From Planctomycetota bacterium (GTDB lineage: Bacteria; Planctomycetota; J058; JAJDCQ01): a stretch of 64,000 nt of DNA. The position numbers and the translations under genes were made by a program. The stretch lies in assembly GCA_029260755.1 (NCBI GenBank), contig JAJDCQ010000115.1, positions 24,929 to 88,928 of the forward strand, given 5' to 3'. Shown here piece by piece: positions 63,019-64,000 of this stretch (positions are counted from its first letter, which is position 1; each line of letters begins with the position of its first letter). Below the pieces are notes generated by a model. It saw only the letters and a program-made list of their open reading frames with translations, was not told the DNA's origin and did not search any database.

Positions 63019-63345
63019 TCAGTCGCCGGCGTACTGCGGGCCTTCCTCCATGAGCTCGACCTCCCCGAGCTTCTCGGGGAACTCGTAGAGGGTCGCCGCG
63101 ATCTCCTCGAACTTCTGCTCGTCCATCTTGATCAGCTTGCAGAGGATCTTGCGGTAGAGGAACGTCTGCTGCGCCAGCTCGTAGACGTAGGCGTGGAGAT
63201 GCGGGTCGAGGTCGTGGTGGCTGCCGCCGCCCATCGCCTCCTGGAAGGTCCGCTTGCGATACATGTTGTAGCAGTGCTCGCGGCGCGTGTCGTCGAGCTC
63301 CGCCTCGACCTCGTCCACCAGCTTCTTGAGCTCGTTCTCGGTCAT
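63019..63345 (-). CDS. Hypothetical protein downstream of sdhB
   Basis: 108 aa, protein-like composition (MTENELKKLVDEVEAELDDTRREHCYNMYRKRTFQEAMGGGSHHDLD…). No assignable family. Confidence 0.45.
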   Translation of the reverse strand: MTENELKKLVDEVEAELDDTRREHCYNMYRKRTFQEAMGGGSHHDLDPHLHAYVYELAQQTFLYRKILCKLIKMDEQKFEEIAATLYEFPEKLGEVELMEEGPQYAGD

Positions 63346-63363
63346 CGTCGACTCCTCGCTCGG

Positions 63364-64000
63364 CTACTTCCGAAGCCAGTTGGTGAAGAGGTGAACGGTG
63401 GCCTGCCGGCCGAGGACGGCGATCGCCTCGGTCAGGTGGATCTCCTTCGGGCACGCCTCGACGCACGCCTGGGCGTTGCCACAGTCGGTGATCCCGCCCG
63501 GTCCCATGACCGCCTCCATCCGCTCGGCGTTGTTCATCATGCCCGTCGGATGGCTGTTGAAGAGGACCGCCTGGCCCATCGCCGCCGCGCCCATGAAGTC
63601 GCTTCGGTCGTTGACCTGCGGGCACACCTCGAGGCAGCAGCCGCACGTCATGCAGCGGCTGAAGTCGTAGGCGACCTGCTGCTCGTCCTGACTCAGCTTC
63701 GGGCCCGGCCCGAGGTCGTAGGTCCCGTCGATCGGGATCCACGCCTTGATCTTCTTGAGGTTGTCGAACATGACCTTGCGGTCGACGATCAGATCACGGA
63801 CGAGCGGGAACTTCGACATCGGCTCGATCGTGATCGGTTGCTCGAGGTGGTCGATCAGCGAGCTGCACGCCTGGCGAACCTGCTGGTTCACCACCATCGT
63901 GCAGGCGCCGCAGACCTCCTCGAGGCACATGCACTCCCAGGAGACGGGCGTCGTTTTCTGCCCGTCGCGCCGCGTCGGCTTGCGCTGAATCTCCATCAGG
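63364..64000 (-). CDS. sdhB: Succinate dehydrogenase/fumarate reductase iron-sulfur subunit, N-terminus likely beyond the window end
   Basis: The 2Fe-2S region is CMCLEEVCGACTMVVN…AC. The 4Fe-4S motif is CMTCGCCLEVCP. The 3Fe-4S motif is DCGNAQACVEACPKEI. Confidence 0.8.
   Translation of the reverse strand, partial: LMEIQRKPTRRDGQKTTPVSWECMCLEEVCGACTMVVNQQVRQACSSLIDHLEQPITIEPMSKFPLVRDLIVDRKVMFDNLKKIKAWIPIDGTYDLGPGPKLSQDEQQVAYDFSRCMTCGCCLEVCPQVNDRSDFMGAAAMGQAVLFNSHPTGMMNNAERMEAVMGPGGITDCGNAQACVEACPKEIHLTEAIAVLGRQATVHLFTNWLRK

Noticed and set aside
1-64000. Mobile elements, integrases, tRNA or rRNA genes
   Set aside because: No transposase- or integrase-like translation, no tRNA-like T-arm/CCA signatures and no rRNA-like stretch were seen by eye in the intergenic regions. 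A tRNAscan/Infernal run would be needed to be definitive.

Overview
This is a high-GC (about 70%) bacterial chromosomal segment, densely coding on both strands, with about 50 supportable genes. No rRNA, tRNA, CRISPR array, transposase or integrase was recognised. Long antisense ORFs rich in Arg/Ala/Gly/Pro are abundant, as expected at this GC content, and were treated as non-coding. A split cytochrome b, multihaem cytochromes, eukaryotic-type kinases and a UGA-containing thioredoxin-fold gene point to a Planctomycetota- or Myxococcota/Deltaproteobacteria-like lineage, at low confidence. Coordinates that I located by hand rather than from the ORF track (repeats, palindromes, hairpins, some start codons) may be off by 1-2 nt.

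Gene content, in order:
- 1-2438: a truncated secreted glycoside hydrolase, ClpS and an aldo/keto reductase.
- 2466-6413: a minus-strand gspK / unknown / gspL-like (PilM-PilN type) / gspM module with no pseudopilin, secretin or ATPase genes in the window.
- 6621-9443: a zinc-ribbon protein with an acidic tandem-repeat region and a membrane anchor, then a fumarylacetoacetate-hydrolase-family enzyme.
- 9749-14572: a NitT/TauT-type ABC transporter whose binding protein carries a C-terminal OmpA-like domain and whose permease has a ~430-aa N-terminal extension.
- 15801-16739: a formylglycine-generating-enzyme-family protein.
- 16983-24653: a respiratory cluster of an octahaem cytochrome c (1336 aa), an amicyanin-like cupredoxin, a Rieske protein, cytochrome b6 and a subunit-IV-like protein, with a TGTGA-N6-TCACA site upstream.
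- 24650-27907: a translationally coupled operon of a HEAT-repeat protein and three small membrane proteins, then a divergent membrane protein.
- 27939-32062: a GAF/PP2C phosphatase, a putative cytochrome P460-like lipoprotein and a HEAT/YbjN-like protein.
- 32636-36942: a hypothetical protein, a ~560-bp non-coding palindromic block, then a LolD/MacB-type ATPase with an FtsX permease.
- 37908-44012: five lipoprotein genes on one strand, including two CsgG-family paralogues, an LpoB-like and a YcfL-like protein.
- 44347-51617: pyrF, an O-antigen-ligase/TPR protein and a 1277-aa GGDEF/AAA/HEAT protein.
- 51891-52808: a thioredoxin-fold protein with an in-frame TGA at the first CxxC cysteine and a SECIS-like hairpin, a candidate selenoprotein.
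- 52850-64000: a proline-rich DPYGAPP-repeat protein, two paralogous Ser/Thr kinases flanking moaB, and partial sdhB.

A ~90-bp palindromic repeat family built from (AATCCGCG)n occurs four times in intergenic regions.
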